DNA of 61,305 bases, filler included, from Porpidia crustulata (GCA_964255105.1; 9 parts of 9 records of this genome joined end to end with filler, not necessarily neighbours in it), one strand, 5' to 3'; shown: positions 39,908 through 54,592, numbered from the whole stretch's first letter. Notes: generated by a model not told the origin, from the sequence alone. A program made the numbers and translations.

Positions 39908-40862
39908 ATACCAAACAATCGAACAATCAATCAAGTACAAACTGATCTCTACCTCATTTACCTTCGTCCATTTTTGGTAGTCCCCATGTTAAACTTCATC
40001 CACAGCATTCAATCTAGCTTGTTTTATCCCATTCGGTCCTACGATAAAGAGTCTTCATTCTAAAGAATAACTGCGTAATCCCAGAATTGGATACTGTTTA
40101 TCGAGAATATCATTGCAAAATGGCTGTCAAGTCCCGCTTCAGGGAGACAACAGAAAAACCATAATAAGTCCACGAAGTCAAAGACCCTTCCAGAATGAAC
40201 GAAGGATTCAATCTCTTCCTCAAACAAGCCTCTCCATTGAACTTTTTAGCACTTTACCCCTAACAGTCCTCCATTCCAATTCCATTTTATCTCAAGCAGC
40301 CAAGATAGTCAACCCGAAGTAACGCGAAAGGCCTCTGGTAAATCAAGCCCTCAGTCAATTCAATACCTATGTACACATCCTTCACATCTACAAACTCTTA
40401 TCCCTCAATCAACATTACATCAACCCTCTGTAACACCTCCCTTAATCAACTTCTCATTGTCTCAAGTTCAACATACTAGCAATGATCACCATTCGTATCT
40501 CTCCTACTAAGGACTGTTTCGTTACCGTCATGATATGTAATTTTACCACAGCCATATCAAACCAAAACCCAAACGATTAGCTACTCTCCCATCGAAGGAC
40601 TGAAGCTTAATCACTGACCCTCCACAGCAACAGCTAGACACCTCTCTCAAACAGCCCATAGCCCACGTATATTTCACAAGAAGAAAGCACCACGACGATG
40701 CGTGGTGCGAGGGTACGTATGGCTTGTCTTGTCTCGCTATACGGAATTTGGCGGAATCAGGCTTTGACGCGGATGGTAAATATTGAGGTATGGAGATGGA
40801 GAAGCAATGGTAGGGGGGGGAATATGGAATTTTTGGGGTGGAAAGGAATGCTGTGGAAAGAG

Positions 40863-40962
40863 NNNNNNNNNNNNNNNNNNNNNNNNNNNNNNNNNNNNNN
40901 NNNNNNTTAATTAATTAANNNNNNNNNNNNNNNNNNNNNNNNNNNNNNNNNNNNNNNNNNNN
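40863..40962. other. Artificial contig linker
   Basis: N44-TTAATTAATTAA-N44. Confidence 0.99.
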
Positions 40963-41416
40963 ATAGGGCGCTCGTGATGGATTCGAGGACATGCCAGATG
41001 AAGGGTTCTGGGATGTAGCGCCGTGATGGACCTGGATGTTGTTGATCTCGGTTCAGGTACTTTCCGATGAGGCCCTGGAGATCGCCCAGTTCACAAAATT
41101 CTACATAAAGACTTGCGCCGTTGCGGGCGAGGCCCTGTGGGATATAGGCATCGATGTAGTTGACGATGTTTGGATGCCGGAGGACGTTCAAGAATAGGAT
41201 TTCTTTCTCCGCGTTCAAGTTGTCGGAAGGAACTTTTTTGTGGATATGTAGTTTACCAGTTACCACATGCTCGACAACGTCTATACCTTCGTTGAGACCA
41301 CCGCCGTTTGTGAGGCTTTTTACCAGCTTCCAGCGGTCACCGATAGGTTTCCTTGAGGGAGGGTAGCGGCCTGAGGGCAGAGTATATAGTCTCTCGTATT
41401 GGCTTATATCGGACAT
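40963..41416 (-). CDS. Ser/Thr protein kinase N-lobe (NIMA/NEK-like), 3'-truncated
   Basis: EILFLNVLRHPNIVNYIDAY, LYVEFCELGDL and IPEPFIWHVLESITSAL; atypical Gly loop GGGLNEG. Confidence 0.8.
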
Positions 41417-43466
41417 GTTTCCAAGGGGGCCAAAGGGACTTTGCAAGTCTCAGAGTCGTGCAACTTTCGAGATGCGGTCGAGATTGAACAGATGCCATGT
41501 TATTGAGGAGCGAGAAAAAAGGAATCCTGTAAGCTTATTGCAGATGTCTTATATAGTCCCGTTAAATGACTCATGAAGTTTGAGCAACGCTATGTTAACC
41601 AAAGTATGACTAGGAGATCACTTTATTCTGGAGCAAACCACTCCATTGTTCTTCGTTTACCACTAACGCACACTGTTCCAGTGATCGCAAAGAGGCAGGT
41701 TGGATTCTCTAGCAGGATCCGCAAATCATAGGATTCTGTTTATCCATACGCCCAGATGGGAATACTGGAGATACCATCATGGCCCTATGACGTGACTAAT
41801 AGCAATGGCATAAACGATCCAAGAAGCAAATGTGAAATCGTGGTTTATGAAATTCCTTGGTCGGAGTAATAACCATTATCTGCATTCCGCAGTCATACAC
41901 AGTGATAAGAACGAGGAGCTCGTAAGATAGTTTGACTCTTAGGGTGCTTCGAAGATTATTCCGTTGACACAGCAGCTCTTGAAGGTAGCGACGCTGAGAT
42001 TGGTATCTCGTACGTGCTGAGCGCTAGGGAAGGAGAATGCCATGGCCATCTTTCAAGGGATGTTGCACCCGCTCAAAGAATTGACTGACACAGATTCCAT
42101 CAACCTAAGGGAATAAAGGAGAGGGCACAGCTCCAATATTCAGCGTGTAGATATTTGAGCAACAGAGAGGACCAAAGCTGAAAAGAACATGACACAACTG
42201 TCCAAAGATAGTGGGAGTGTATGAAATGCATCATAATTCAAACATGACGCGTAAAACATACAGACTACAAGTTAACGTAACGGTGAAACATCGACCCACT
42301 ACATCAAGTGCTCTATGGCGATAGTCGTAGACTGAGCGTGTGGGGAGTAGATGCCCGCGGCCTAGAGACAGCCAGAACCACAACCCACCACATAGATAGT
42401 TTCCCTAGCGCAGGGAGTGAGGTGTATTCAGTATCCATTCTGCCGCCTACACTGATGGTCTGAGCGGGTTGTGAACGGCGGGGACGCACAGTTGGTGTCA
42501 AGACCTGGTATCGAACCAATCAAGAGGCACATAAAACAGTCGTTCATCAAGAAAAGCTTCGGGAAAAGCGAAAGACAGTACGTGGATGATGCGTTACATT
42601 GCTGCACTCGTGACGCGAAGGATTGAAAAAGAATGAAGAGGAGGGACAGTGCAAGCTGAAAAAAGGCGGTTAGTAAGCGGGATATCGAGGATCGACAGCT
42701 AGCGATCTCATTTTCCCTCTTTCACGCCCTCACTGATCCCATACCAGCTGAACTTCAACCGCCTCGAACCCAGATTGTGCCGCAAAGATGCTATACTTTC
42801 CCCATCAAGTCTGGTCCATGCACAACATACTTTGCAATACAATCTCGACGCTACAGTCCGGGTAAAGCTGCGTTTGAACGTGAATCGACACTATCTTTCC
42901 CATCGAAGCCATCCCGCTTTGGAAGGCTTGAAAGGTGGTCGCTGACAGCACGTACGATGGACATGGATAGTAGATGTGGTACTAGCTGAGTTGCGGTGGT
43001 CACACCGCAATGTTGAAGCTTGATCCTGGCTCCCAGTATAGGATGATATACGGAAACAAAACAAAACAAATAAGCCCACTGTTGGTGGCAGGAGTCGTGG
43101 AAGCCATTCGGGCATGATATCGGCAGAAGCTGCCTCATTGTCAGGAAATCAACATCAGTCGATATAACCCGACTTCACGTATTTTGTGCTTCTCCAAGCT
43201 TGTAAAGTACAAAGGATTTCAATCATCACCTTTTGACAAGATTCTACTTTTTCCCTAGTCAACTCAAACCACTTACATCGTTCACTACGTAATGCCCATT
43301 GTTCTCCGAAACACATCTCCTCCGTCGCCGAAATTTCAATCCTCAATTACTTCATCCAGTTTGGCCACTTACTAGCACCATATCTCAAATTGCTTCAATT
43401 GTCCTTCATATCATTAGCATCTCACCCGCTTTCGATTTTTGCTATCGATCTACCTAATATCCTATC

Positions 43467-43790
43467 ATGTCAAAGCCATCGCTGCCGCTCCAAAGCGGTA
43501 AAGAATCGCAAGAACCACGAAGATCTACCGCAAGTTCATCCACTCCGTCTAAAAAGGAAGACCTTCCGCCTCGTGAAGATCACTTCTCACTTCTCGAGTC
43601 AAAGAAGCTTCCCCAGCCTACCATTCGACCATCCCGTCCAATCCACACCGATGCCCTACAGCCTGCACAGCCAAGCACGACATCACGCAGCACCACTCAG
43701 CCCACAGAAACAAACCCAAAGAGTATCACGCGGCATGATACGGTTCAGATTGTGAATGGATGCAGGAGGCATGTGATTGTTTGGAGCTAG
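43467..43790 (+). CDS. Hypothetical low-complexity S/T/P-rich protein
   Basis: ATG ORF with disordered composition; possible intron at 43743-43800 leading to a near stop. No recognisable domain. Confidence 0.3.
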   Translation: MSKPSLPLQSGKESQEPRRSTASSSTPSKKEDLPPREDHFSLLESKKLPQPTIRPSRPIHTDALQPAQPSTTSRSTTQPTETNPKSITRHDTVQIVNGCRRHVIVWS

Positions 43791-44972
43791 CCACTAATAG
43801 GCAAAGGAAGACGCCAGAACCTAGGCAGAAAGGTGATTGACGCTTCATGACAAGATTTGAGAAGGGCACACGGGGGCACACGGGGGCACACGGGGGCACG
43901 ATTCTAAACATCCCTTCTATGGATTTCCTCCCACCATCAACGAGAAAAGGTTCTCGACAGAGGTCGATGCGAAGCAGCATACTCTAGACCTAAGTGTGCA
44001 ATACAATCATTGATCCTCTGATACTAGTGTATTTTACCAAGATGCACATAGAGACGGCATGCACAAATGCAGAGGCACTTTGCAACATACCATAGTCCGA
44101 ATTACTCTAATCATCGTCCTCACTCTCTATTCTAGTACTTCTTCTGCCGAAACATGGGCGGAGTCCACTGCTACCGTCGGGGGCTGTTCCCTCTCCCCCA
44201 AGAGCATTTCATCGCAAGGGATGACTGGAGGGGGCTGTCTCCATGAATGTGCAAAAATGAGAGAGACATTGAGGGAAAGGCCCAAGAAATATTGCACGAA
44301 TAAGGTTCGGATGACGATAGATTATGGCATGTTTCTAAATCTAAGAACGGCACGAGCTTCGATGGATCGAGAAGGGTAAAATGAAGAAGTTCGGGAGCCT
44401 TTCAAGCTCTACTTAGTCTTGGTGCAGAAGAAACTTACAAGTGTACCGCAAGTTGAGAAGATGAATATGGTAAGCTATTCACGATCCGCTATATCCAAGT
44501 TGAGGGCCGCGTTCTCTTTCTTACTAGTGATGTTATTGTTTGCCCGATATCATGCTTCGCTGTCCCCGCTGTCTACTATCGTGCTGTTCACGCTGACTTA
44601 GGATCTCCATTGGTTTCCTTCCGCGTCATCCAAACAATTGCTGTTACTCTGGCTGGCTCTCTAGAGATCGTTCTAGAATTAACGGTCCTACTTAAGTCCG
44701 TGAGATGTTGCAATCAGGAAATGTATCCAAACAAATTTCTCCAAAGACCTTCTTGTCGTTATGAAGATCTGACAACAAACACTCTTTCCAAGCTGAATAC
44801 ACATGCGAATCACTGATTTCTTGAGAGATAAGACATCAAACGCAATGGCGTAAGGGGGTCATTGAATCGACTGCACGCACTAAATATCTTTCTTCCATTC
44901 CCATTAAGATCTAGCAAGTTCTCACCAAGACAAAGCTGCAGACTGGGTCGCATATCCAAGTAGGCTCATCTT

Positions 44973-45428
44973 CTAATCATCCTCCATCCCGTATTCCTCC
45001 ACAAGACGTCCTTCCCAATCACTATCCTCCCTTTCACTCTCGTCTAGTATAGTCCGGAACATCCCCTCTGTTATCCTCTCCACCCCATCATCCTCCTCTC
45101 GCCTTCTTTCTTTTCGAATCAACATCTCACTCACCCTCTCCATCAGCAGCCCGACCTTATCCGGAATGAGGCGCAACGCAGCCCATGCTTTTCCAGTGGC
45201 AAACGAAAAGATAACAAGCCCGCCGAAGAAACCGATCGTGCTCACAACTGGCTCTACCTCTAACGGGTTCGACCCGAAGGAGTACAGTATCATGGCGAAG
45301 GAGATGATACCGATGGGAGACCAGGTTAGTATTCCTCGGATGCTGCGATATTTGAGATCCTGATAATCGACGAGGAAGGAAAGGACTTCCGACTCGATAG
45401 AGCGGGATGGCGAGGCTGATGAAGACAT
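44973..45428 (-). CDS. Hypothetical small membrane protein (two hydrophobic helices, acidic tail)
   Basis: ATG 45428; ILTWSPIGIISFAMILYSF and VVSTIGFFGGLVIFSFATG, followed by a charged C-terminus. Confidence 0.55.
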   Translation of the reverse strand: MSSSASPSRSIESEVLSFLVDYQDLKYRSIRGILTWSPIGIISFAMILYSFGSNPLEVEPVVSTIGFFGGLVIFSFATGKAWAALRLIPDKVGLLMERVSEMLIRKERRREEDDGVERITEGMFRTILDESEREDSDWEGRLVEEYGMEDD

Positions 45429-47678
45429 GACTTGTTTGGTCTGCAGTGGACGAAGTATGGGCAGTAAGTTGATATCGTGAATGGATATATTCTTAGACAA
45501 TGACTGATTCTAGGGGGGTTTATCTAGGCTGAGAGTGCTTGCTTGCTGTCAATTACATGCTGTTCCATGAGCTGGGCTGATCTTGCCAGCTGTATGCATC
45601 TACGCATCGTAGATACACTTCACCTCTTCTCGACGTGCTACACTGTTGGAAGTAGAGACCAATTTGGCAGTACAAAAGCTACGTGCCAGCCGATTGCATA
45701 CGTCTCTTCCCTTCGCCGTCGGCATCGACTTTCAACATGCTTGTTGTTTCCCATGCTCGTTGTTTTCCATGCTCTTCAGATACTCATCTAATCTTACATC
45801 AAGCCATTTTCTCTTCTAGATAGGACGTTAACCTCGCCTCCTCCAAATCATCCACCTTCAAACACTCTTTTCAAATCCTTTGAGTCACTTCAGACAAACC
45901 CACCACGAAACCAGAACCTACCCGCAAGTCACCCAAATGCCCACGCCTACAACCGTGCCGGTCATTTCCTCGAGATCACACTACCACCGTACACGTTCAG
46001 CGTGCATACCAATCACGATTTGCTAGGCTCTAGCTACCATTTCTAGCTACAGACAGGCTTGTCCTTCACATGTTCCTATAGTTTAACAATGGTTCTTATA
46101 GACTACAAAGTCTCAGAAATTACACCCTTAACATTTATCCCAAACTCGCTAAGTCTTTATACATGGGGTCACTTAAGCACTCGATTCCGCCCTACGACGA
46201 CTAAAATTTTACTCGCTCGAAGAGAAAAATACTCGAGCGTGTATTCGCCCCCGAGCAATGTCCCAGCAAATATCCCAGTCCTATCGCGATTTCCTGATGT
46301 ATACAGCCGTGTATGGGTTATGATACGGACGGGGATCATGACTTGGAACTTGCGAAATGGAGATGATTGGAGTAGACGATGTAGGGTGGCATTGTGGGTA
46401 TCGAGATATCATCCTGGCACAAGTCAAAAATGGCATATCTCGAACTAGAACATGATGTAGGAGCTTTCAAGGTCGTCCATCTTGTCCCAACCATCGTCTT
46501 TCATTCAGCTGTGCAGATCTCGCTAGCACGTTTCATCTTTTCGACATCTCATTAGTGGTGATCTTAGTCTTTTACTATCCGCTGATCTGTATTCTTCACC
46601 CTACTCTACTTTTCTGGTTCGAGTTGGGGGGGTACGACAACAGTTGGAAGGGACTGGCTGTATGACGACGGGGGCGTGAAAGGGATTTCTTGTTTCGGTA
46701 ACGATTCGGAAAGAAAGAAAGCGAAAGTTGGCACATAAAAGATTGTTCCGCCTTTGCAAAAACTTTTGGGGGAAGAGGAGAGCAAAGATTAATTTTATCG
46801 TTCTTCGTTATCTCCCCCCCCCCCAAAAAGGAAAGGAAACTGAAATCGAAAATCGAAAACCAAAGAAAGACTTGTTTATGTCAACTGTTTCCCATGAGTT
46901 GTTCACCCACCCCGAAATTTTGCACCGACAAACGGAACAACATATCGCTGTCACGTCACTTGGAAGTAAGTTTGCCTCCTTAAGGGTCGGTTTTTCTGTT
47001 GGTGTTGATTTAAGAAGAAGAAAAAGAAAGAAAGAAATCAAGCAATCCATTTGTCCTCCGTCTTCAGACCGTCCAAACATCTTACCCAAACTTCTCTTGC
47101 TGTCATCCTCGTCATCATCATTCTCATCCTCCTCTTTCCTGCGCTGGCACTTCTCAAAAGCTTTCATCTCCAACACTTTCATTTTCAACACTCGTATCAC
47201 CGTCCCTCTTCCTAGGATATGTTGAGATCCACGAAATCCACGAGCCACATGAACTCCCCCTGGCCGCTGCCGCTGCCCAGCAAACAAACAGGAAATCCTT
47301 CAAAGATGATGTGTCCATTCAACACCCCCTCCACGAAAAAGAAACATAAAATCCAACAACACAGCGAAAAACCTGAACAACAACAACAACAATGCCCAAA
47401 CACGCATCACCTCATTCTTTTCTGCCCAACCAAGCATGAATATAACACATTTCCTCGTCAGTCCGCGACGTGTTGAGTTTGTTGAATGGAAAAGGGGGGG
47501 AGTATTGTGGGTATTTAAGAGCTGAGAGGTGCGCATTGGATTCATCCATTCTCACTCACCTCAACACACACACATATCCCTCCTATCTTCAACCCCCCTC
47601 CAACCTCCAAGAACAAGCAAAACCAAACAACGACAAAACCCCCCACAACAAAAATGTCAACCAACACCACGCCCGCCC

Positions 47679-47778
47679 NNNNNNNNNNNNNNNNNNNNNN
47701 NNNNNNNNNNNNNNNNNNNNNNTTAATTAATTAANNNNNNNNNNNNNNNNNNNNNNNNNNNNNNNNNNNNNNNNNNNN
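47679..47778. other. Artificial contig linker
   Basis: N44-TTAATTAATTAA-N44. Confidence 0.99.
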
Positions 47779-50319
47779 TGCCCTAGCCATCTTGATCCAT
47801 TCTATCTCAAGCAGGAGTTCGCGCCTTCTGATAAGTCGACTTTGCTGAAGCAGCGGCAAATAGCACATGATCTTATTGCGCCTCATCTACGAATTCTGCA
47901 ATTTCTAACGAGCCATTTCGATGCTACACGACTAGGCAGCACTCACACACAACTTATATTCCAACGACTAATAATGGTAACCCTTCAAGGATTGAGGTCG
48001 ACCACCGGACATCCTTTGACCCGCGAATTTCATTTTCAAGTTATATTATTTGGTCTGAACGTTTTAAGATATAGCGCTGGTCTGGGACAAGCCAGCCAAT
48101 GGAGATTGAAGGATACAATATTGAGCGCGGCCTTAAGTTGGTTCTGTCATCCGCCTAGGTAATCTTGTGATTGAAAAAAGTAACGCAGAGGTTCTGACGC
48201 ATCCAGATGGTCATTCGGCGGTAATCGATTACAAATCAAAGCAGAGGCTCGACTAATTGCAGACGTTGAAAACGCGCTGCACGCCGTGACGATCATTGGC
48301 TCGAAACCCACAAGAGTTTTCCAGGTGCTTGCACATAAACAGGACTTGCTCCAATCACTACTAGAGGATGAGCAGATAAGATTGGTAGTATGGCTCTATC
48401 CTCTTGACCATGAAAAAAAACACATATTCTCCTCAGGTCACTCCAACAGATTACCATCGGATGTCAGTACACTGAAGCCTGTAAACCTAGTAGCATGAAT
48501 TTAACTCTTCGTCAGACAACTCTTTCAGCCCTAACGAAGGCTGCATGGGCAGAGCACCCAAGTTTGGCGATTCAATTGAATGTACGATTCCAGTCACCGA
48601 AGCTCACCAGCAACGTCCGAGGGCTACTATTAGAATTTCCAGAAAAAGCTGTCGGTGAACCTGACGCACTTCAGATCATGCTTGGCCATTCAATACCGGC
48701 AGATGTTTCCTTTCAACTCAAAGTAGGTCTGGCAATGACGAAATGTTAATCGATGCTTATACGTTACAGTATTTACTCTATTGGGTCCCCGTCAATCCAA
48801 TAACAGCAGTGACTTACTTTCTGCCTGAATATGGTAACCATCCTTACATTTTACAGTACGCCATGCGTGCTTTAGAAAGCCACTCAGTGGATGTTACGTT
48901 CTTTTACGTCCCACAAATCGTGCAAACGTTACGTTATGATGTACTTGGTTATGTTCAGCGGTATATCATCGAGACCGCGAAGTTTTCGCAGCTCTTTGCT
49001 CATCAGATCATCTGGAATATGAAAGCAAACGCCTACAGAGACGAAGATTCAAGTATTGTGAGTCTGCTAAGATACACGGCTAGAGCCATGGCTGACAGAA
49101 GACGAAGGAGGACTCCCTCAAACCGACCCTCGATTTGGTCACGGGTAACATGCTTACAAGTTTCTCTGGCACGGACAAGGCTTTTTATGAACGCGAGTTT
49201 TCTTTCTTCAATGAGATTACGGATATTTCCGGGAAATTGCGGCCGTACATCAAAAAGAGCAAGCCCGAAAAAAAACAGAAAATTGAGGAAGAATTGAGGA
49301 AGATCAAAGTTGAAGTTGGAGTGTATTTACCCAGTAATCCGGACGGGACTGTAATTGGCATCGATCGCAAGTCCGGCAAGCCACTACAAAGTCACGCGAA
49401 AGCGCCTTATATGGCAACATTCAGAATTAAAAAGAATCGGGGCGAAATGGAAGGCACAGATGATATGCTAGAAAAGACAAACCAAAACCTGGAAACGGGG
49501 CGTCGCGGGCCGGTCTCTCAAGAGAGCACATACGAAGTCTGGCAATCAGCCATCTTCAAGGTGGGTGATGATTGCCGACAAGATGTGCTGGCATTGCAGA
49601 TGATCGCGGCCTTCCGAGGTATTTTTAACAGCGTTGGGTTGGATGTATACATATATCCTTACAGGGTGACTGCCACGGCCCCCGGATGCGGTGTGATAGA
49701 TGTCTTACCTAACTCTATATCTCGAGATATGTTGGGTCGCGAAGCAGTGAACGGTCTATACGACTATTTCATTTCTAAATATGGCGCTGAGAATTCGATC
49801 CGATTCCAAGAGGCTCGCAACAATTTCGTCAAGAGTATGGCCGCGTACTCTGTGATCTCTTATCTCCTCCAATTCAAGGACAGGCATAATGGCAACATCA
49901 TGATCGACGACGCCGGACACATTCTCCACATCGATTTTGGGTTCTGCTTTGACATAGCCCCGGGTGGAGTCCGGTTTGAACGCGCTCCGTTCAAGCTAAC
50001 GTCGGAAATGGTGGCTGTCATGGGAGGTAGTACCACTTCACAATCCTACAAATGGTTCGAGGAGCTTTGTGTCAAGGCATTCATAGTATCTCGTCAATAC
50101 ACCGAGAAATTATGTCATATTGTTGTGCTTATGTTGGGCAGTGGACTACCATGCTTCAAACCGGAGACGATCACTCACCTTCGTGAGAGGTTCGTCCTCG
50201 AGAAGAGCGAACGAGAAGCAGCTGAATTCATGAGAGACTTGATCAAGAAAAGCTATAGCAGTTACTCAACGAAGGGCTATGATCAGTTTCAGCTTTTTAC
50301 CAACGGTATACCGTATTAG
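47779..50319 (+). CDS. STT4: Phosphatidylinositol 4-kinase type III alpha, 5'-truncated, multi-exon
   Basis: PIK helical region (VTFFYVPQIVQTLRYD), PLQSHAKAPY, FKVGDDCRQDVLALQ, KDRHNGN, HIDFGF; ends YDQFQLFTNGIPY. Confidence 0.97.
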
Positions 50320-51327
50320 GTGGAGTTTAAGGATGCTCTGAAGGTGTACAATCGGATTATCCCCTAACTCTCGTCGAGTGTTGCAGCTACTACTTACTGT
50401 ATCCGACTAAAACTTCAGTAAAACCACAGAATCAGAATGAGAAACGCAAGAATTCTCGTAGAGTAGTCTGAGCAATTGTATGATAGTAACAGAGCGATAC
50501 CTTATCTGAGGTTCGAGATATCTAATTGTGAGCCCCTGGCGGGTAATTTTGGCGCGGGACAACCCTGTAACGGATTCAAGGCGAAATGTCAGCGAATAGT
50601 CGTCATGTCCCCCCTCCACAGACTTGACCATCTGTTACCGATTCGAAACCTGGAGAATGACTTGATCCTCGGCCACAGTCATGGCCGAATGGATATACAC
50701 CGGTGGTAGCAGTGTCAACCGTCCGCCATTACTTCAAAAGCAGTGGTCGTAAACTCCGTGGTTGTCCATCCCACCTTCGTCCTCCATTTAGCCGTCGCTG
50801 CAACGTCTGAGACTATATATACCAGTACTACCGGCTGGCGATCAGGGACCCTCGTCATCGTTCCATTCAGGTCTCCTCGGACACATTTGCGTATCCTTCC
50901 TGCTCGCAATTTCAAGCGCAACTGTTCGAATACTTTACAGCGAGCCTTCACGGCACCGTCGAGCAGCGTTGTCGACTTTATTGAAACCGGGACAGGCTTT
51001 CTTCAACCTATAGATTTGAGGCTTTTCTGAACAGCTTATAACGTGAAGCGTTACAACAAATACTGGAAGTGTCGAGTCGATTGCCCTGCAGTATTAATGT
51101 GAAGCTATTCACATTGCTCATGATTCATGGGTAAACACCAGCAAACCTCTCTCCCTTAAAACCTTCGGTAAATCCACAAGACGAAAGATTCCGCTCAACG
51201 CCGTTATTTAAATCGAAGTACCTTGGCCATCGTCCAGCATCCTACAAACCGATTCACTCCACTAAATAGGCCTCATCACGTCACTTCCACGGCATACAGG
51301 TATATACTACTGGCGGATAGGAATCAG

Positions 51328-53647
51328 ATGGTCGTGAGCATGGGAAAACAAGATAACGCCATTGTGGGCGGTTCAGTCGACCCGGAGACCTTATACACCA
51401 AGCAAAACTGCATTGGTATGTTCTACGCGAAGCGCTAGAAAAGACTCTTGCTCACACCAAAACAGGCGGGGGAAGCTTCGGGAAGGTTTTCAAAGGGTAT
51501 GTCTATGATAAGGACACAGTGGTGGAACCGTGCTTACGTATATTTGAAGCGTTGACAAACGCACAGGACAGGCAGTAGCAATCAAGATCATTGATGTTGA
51601 AAATGCGGAAGACGAAGTGGAAGATATCATTCAGGAAATATCGATCCTATCTGAACTTCACTCTCCATATGTAACGAAGTATCATGGATCTTTTCTCAAA
51701 GGCTCAGACTTATGGATCATTATGGAATTCTGCTCAGGAGGGAGCTGCGCCGACCTGCTGAAGCCCGGTTTAGTCCCCGAGGAATACATAACCATAATCA
51801 TCAGAGAACTTTTGATGGGTCTGGAATACTTGCACGGAGACAAGAAATTACACAGAGACATCAAAGGTATGGACATCAACGGATATGATGAATCTTCAGT
51901 GGCTGAATGCTGATAGTCGGTGAAATTAGCCGCGAACATACTTCTAGGAGCAAACGGACAAGTTAAACTTGCGGACTTCGGTGTGTCTGGACAGCTTTCT
52001 GCCACGATGACAAAAAAGAATACTTTTGTAGGTACTCCGTTTTGGATGGCACCAGAAGTGATCAAGCAATCAGGCTATGATCACAAAGCGGATATCTGGT
52101 CGCTAGGGATTACAGCGCTTGAGCTTGCCAATGGAGAGCCTCCGTACTCTGACATACATCCTATGAAAGTCCTGTTTTTGATACCCAAGAATCCTCCTCC
52201 AACGCTGCAGGGTAATTTTAGTAAAGTATTCAAGGATTTTGTAGATCTGTGCCTAAAGCGTCTACCGCATGAGCGGCCATCTGCGAAGGAGCTACTGAAG
52301 CACCCTTTCGTACGCCGCGCTAAAAAAACAACATATTTGACCGAATTGATCGAGCGGTACGAACGATGGCAAGCGATTCACGGCGAACGAGACTCGGAAG
52401 AAGAAGAAAACGAAGAAGACCAAGCACATCAAGACCCAACCTCTGAGAATGAAGACCTTTGGGATTTTGGCACTATCAGACCTGCAGGAGGCAGAGGTGC
52501 AGGGCTAAAGACAATGAATGACTCTGCTGCCAATGCCAGGGCACAGAACAACTTGCCAGACGATAGTAAGAGAGCCACCAAAGACGAGATGAATGCTCAT
52601 AGCAAAGGCCTTCTCACTGCTGGCAACGAGATCCCAATCGCTAGTCCAGGAGGAGAATTCCGATCAAGCGGTATGTCGCCGCAACGGAAACCACCTACCG
52701 TCAATACCCCAATGTCACCAGGTGCGGCCGCACGAGTCCCGCTCCCGCCGTCACCCATGAAACCCCAGCAACTACAGGCCGTCAGAGTAGAAATTCCTTC
52801 GCGGGCTGATCATGTTTTCTCCCGAACAGATGATAGTCCAGGCTCTTTGAACTATGACCCGAGCGTGCGAGATTCACTCACACAAGACCTACATTTGCTA
52901 AACCTCCATCCGCCCAAGACAACGGCACAGGCGGTCAAAGATCAGAACTCTAGTCCGTACAAACCATTGCGAAACGAAACGCAAGACCTTCCACACAAAA
53001 AGCCTCTCACCCCAGTAAAACTGCAAGATATTCCACCATTTCAGGGTGCTTCCCGAGGTCAAGCCTCACGAGACCTGCCACAGCAGACGGCTTATCATTC
53101 CAAGGCACAAGCCTCGCAACCTCAAGTGGCTGTTAAACAACAGCCACTTCCTTCTTTCTCGCCAAGAGGGTTTCTCTCCTCACAGCAGCCCTTGCCTTCG
53201 TTACCTCCAGTCCAGCACCGCAACATAGGTGTACCACGCAAGTCCAGCGACTCTGGCAGTTCTGGCAGCTCGGCTACCTTTCCAGTTGTACCGGCCACTG
53301 GGGAACTTACCGCCCTGAATGGCGTTATTGTTCCAGCTCTTGAAGCAGCACTCCAGCGGCGTACTTATAGCTTGAACGCTGCCTTGACACGAAGTAGTAA
53401 TAGGGCGAATAATAGTGCTGCGGCTGACGAGCTCGCTCGCCAGCGGCAACTCGCGCACGATAAGGTCAAACGACTAATCATCAAGGCAGCAGGTGTATTT
53501 AGTGAAATAGAGAAATGGGACAATGAGGCGCCGGTTGGGATGGGTGGCGATGTGAACGCGTTCTTGGAAGGTTTCTTGGAGGAGATCCTCGTACGTGTGG
53601 AAGCAGAAGATGAGGAAATCCCATTCGGCTCCGGCAGCACTGGCTAA
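51328..53647 (+). CDS. STE20/germinal-centre kinase (GCK-III, MST3/Mst-1-like), 4 exons
   Basis: [87 protein letters not shown]. Start 51328 or 51340. Confidence 0.94.
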
Positions 53648-54492
53648 GCCTATCGCTTTCTGTACCATCCTCCGTTGTCCGTCTTCAGTCATTGCATGGT
53701 ATACCACGGCCCCAAGCTCTTTCATTCTGCCGATCAGCGGCGTGTAGATGCCATGCCCCTGGGCGTCAGCGGCCAGCTCTATGATTCATGTCGACGTTGC
53801 GATAAGTCTCCGGCGCGAAAGCGCTTGATTTGCGAGGGTGTTCCGGCGTCCAAGGCGCTCGTAGTCAGAGGCAGTCGTGCTTGTGTATTGTCCTACGAAA
53901 TCCAAGATTGCTTCGTACTGTGGCCATTGTTAGAGATGTTTTCCTCCAAAGATACCATGACAGACGCGTGCGAGGTGGATGTCCTTTTGCGGCTGGTTCA
54001 GCTTTCGGATTGTGGGTAGCATATCAGAAGAATTCATTCATCCCTGAGGGTCTACCACGGGCGATGTTCTAAGAAAATGTTTCTCACAGCTGTTGCAGAG
54101 ACCCTAAGCGTTCCGCCGTCGTCATTTACGCCGTCGAGCCTGCAGCATGACCTAGTACGGTGCAATCTACCTTACGTAAGGCATGAGGAGCGTATTGGAC
54201 GGGCATGTAATACGTTACATGAACGCTGAGGAAGGGTCCGATGGTGGCAGGTCCCCAAGCTTCCCGTCAGTATCGTTGTCAAGCGTGTCCATCGATCATT
54301 TCTGTTTTCCGTACCTATTGCCTACTCCTTGCTCTCCAGTCTTTGCTGTTCCACAGCAGATCTGCCCGCCCCCTTCAGGCAGTCTTTCTTTCTCCCCCTA
54401 CGCGTAGTAGCCTATCAAAATCCCTTAAGTATACTTAGTTGCTCTAGCCATTCCCTCACTCAGATCCTAACTACCCTGGCTCTTCCCCGGAC

Positions 54493-54592
54493 NNNNNNNN
54501 NNNNNNNNNNNNNNNNNNNNNNNNNNNNNNNNNNNNTTAATTAATTAANNNNNNNNNNNNNNNNNNNNNNNNNNNNNNNNNNNNNNNNNNNN
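54493..54592. other. Artificial contig linker
   Basis: N44-TTAATTAATTAA-N44. Confidence 0.99.

Noticed and set aside
43864..43899. 10-bp tandem repeat CGGGGGCACA x3
   Set aside because: Short local slippage repeat with no evident function.
46600..47678. ORFs 46728-47225, 46808-47287 and 47219-47476
   Set aside because: Homopolymer-rich, low-complexity contig-end sequence with no recognisable domain; likely unreliable.
6736..54592. TTAATTAATTAA recurring every ~6.8 kb as a biological repeat
   Set aside because: Always embedded in N44 flanks; it is an artificial six-frame-stop linker.
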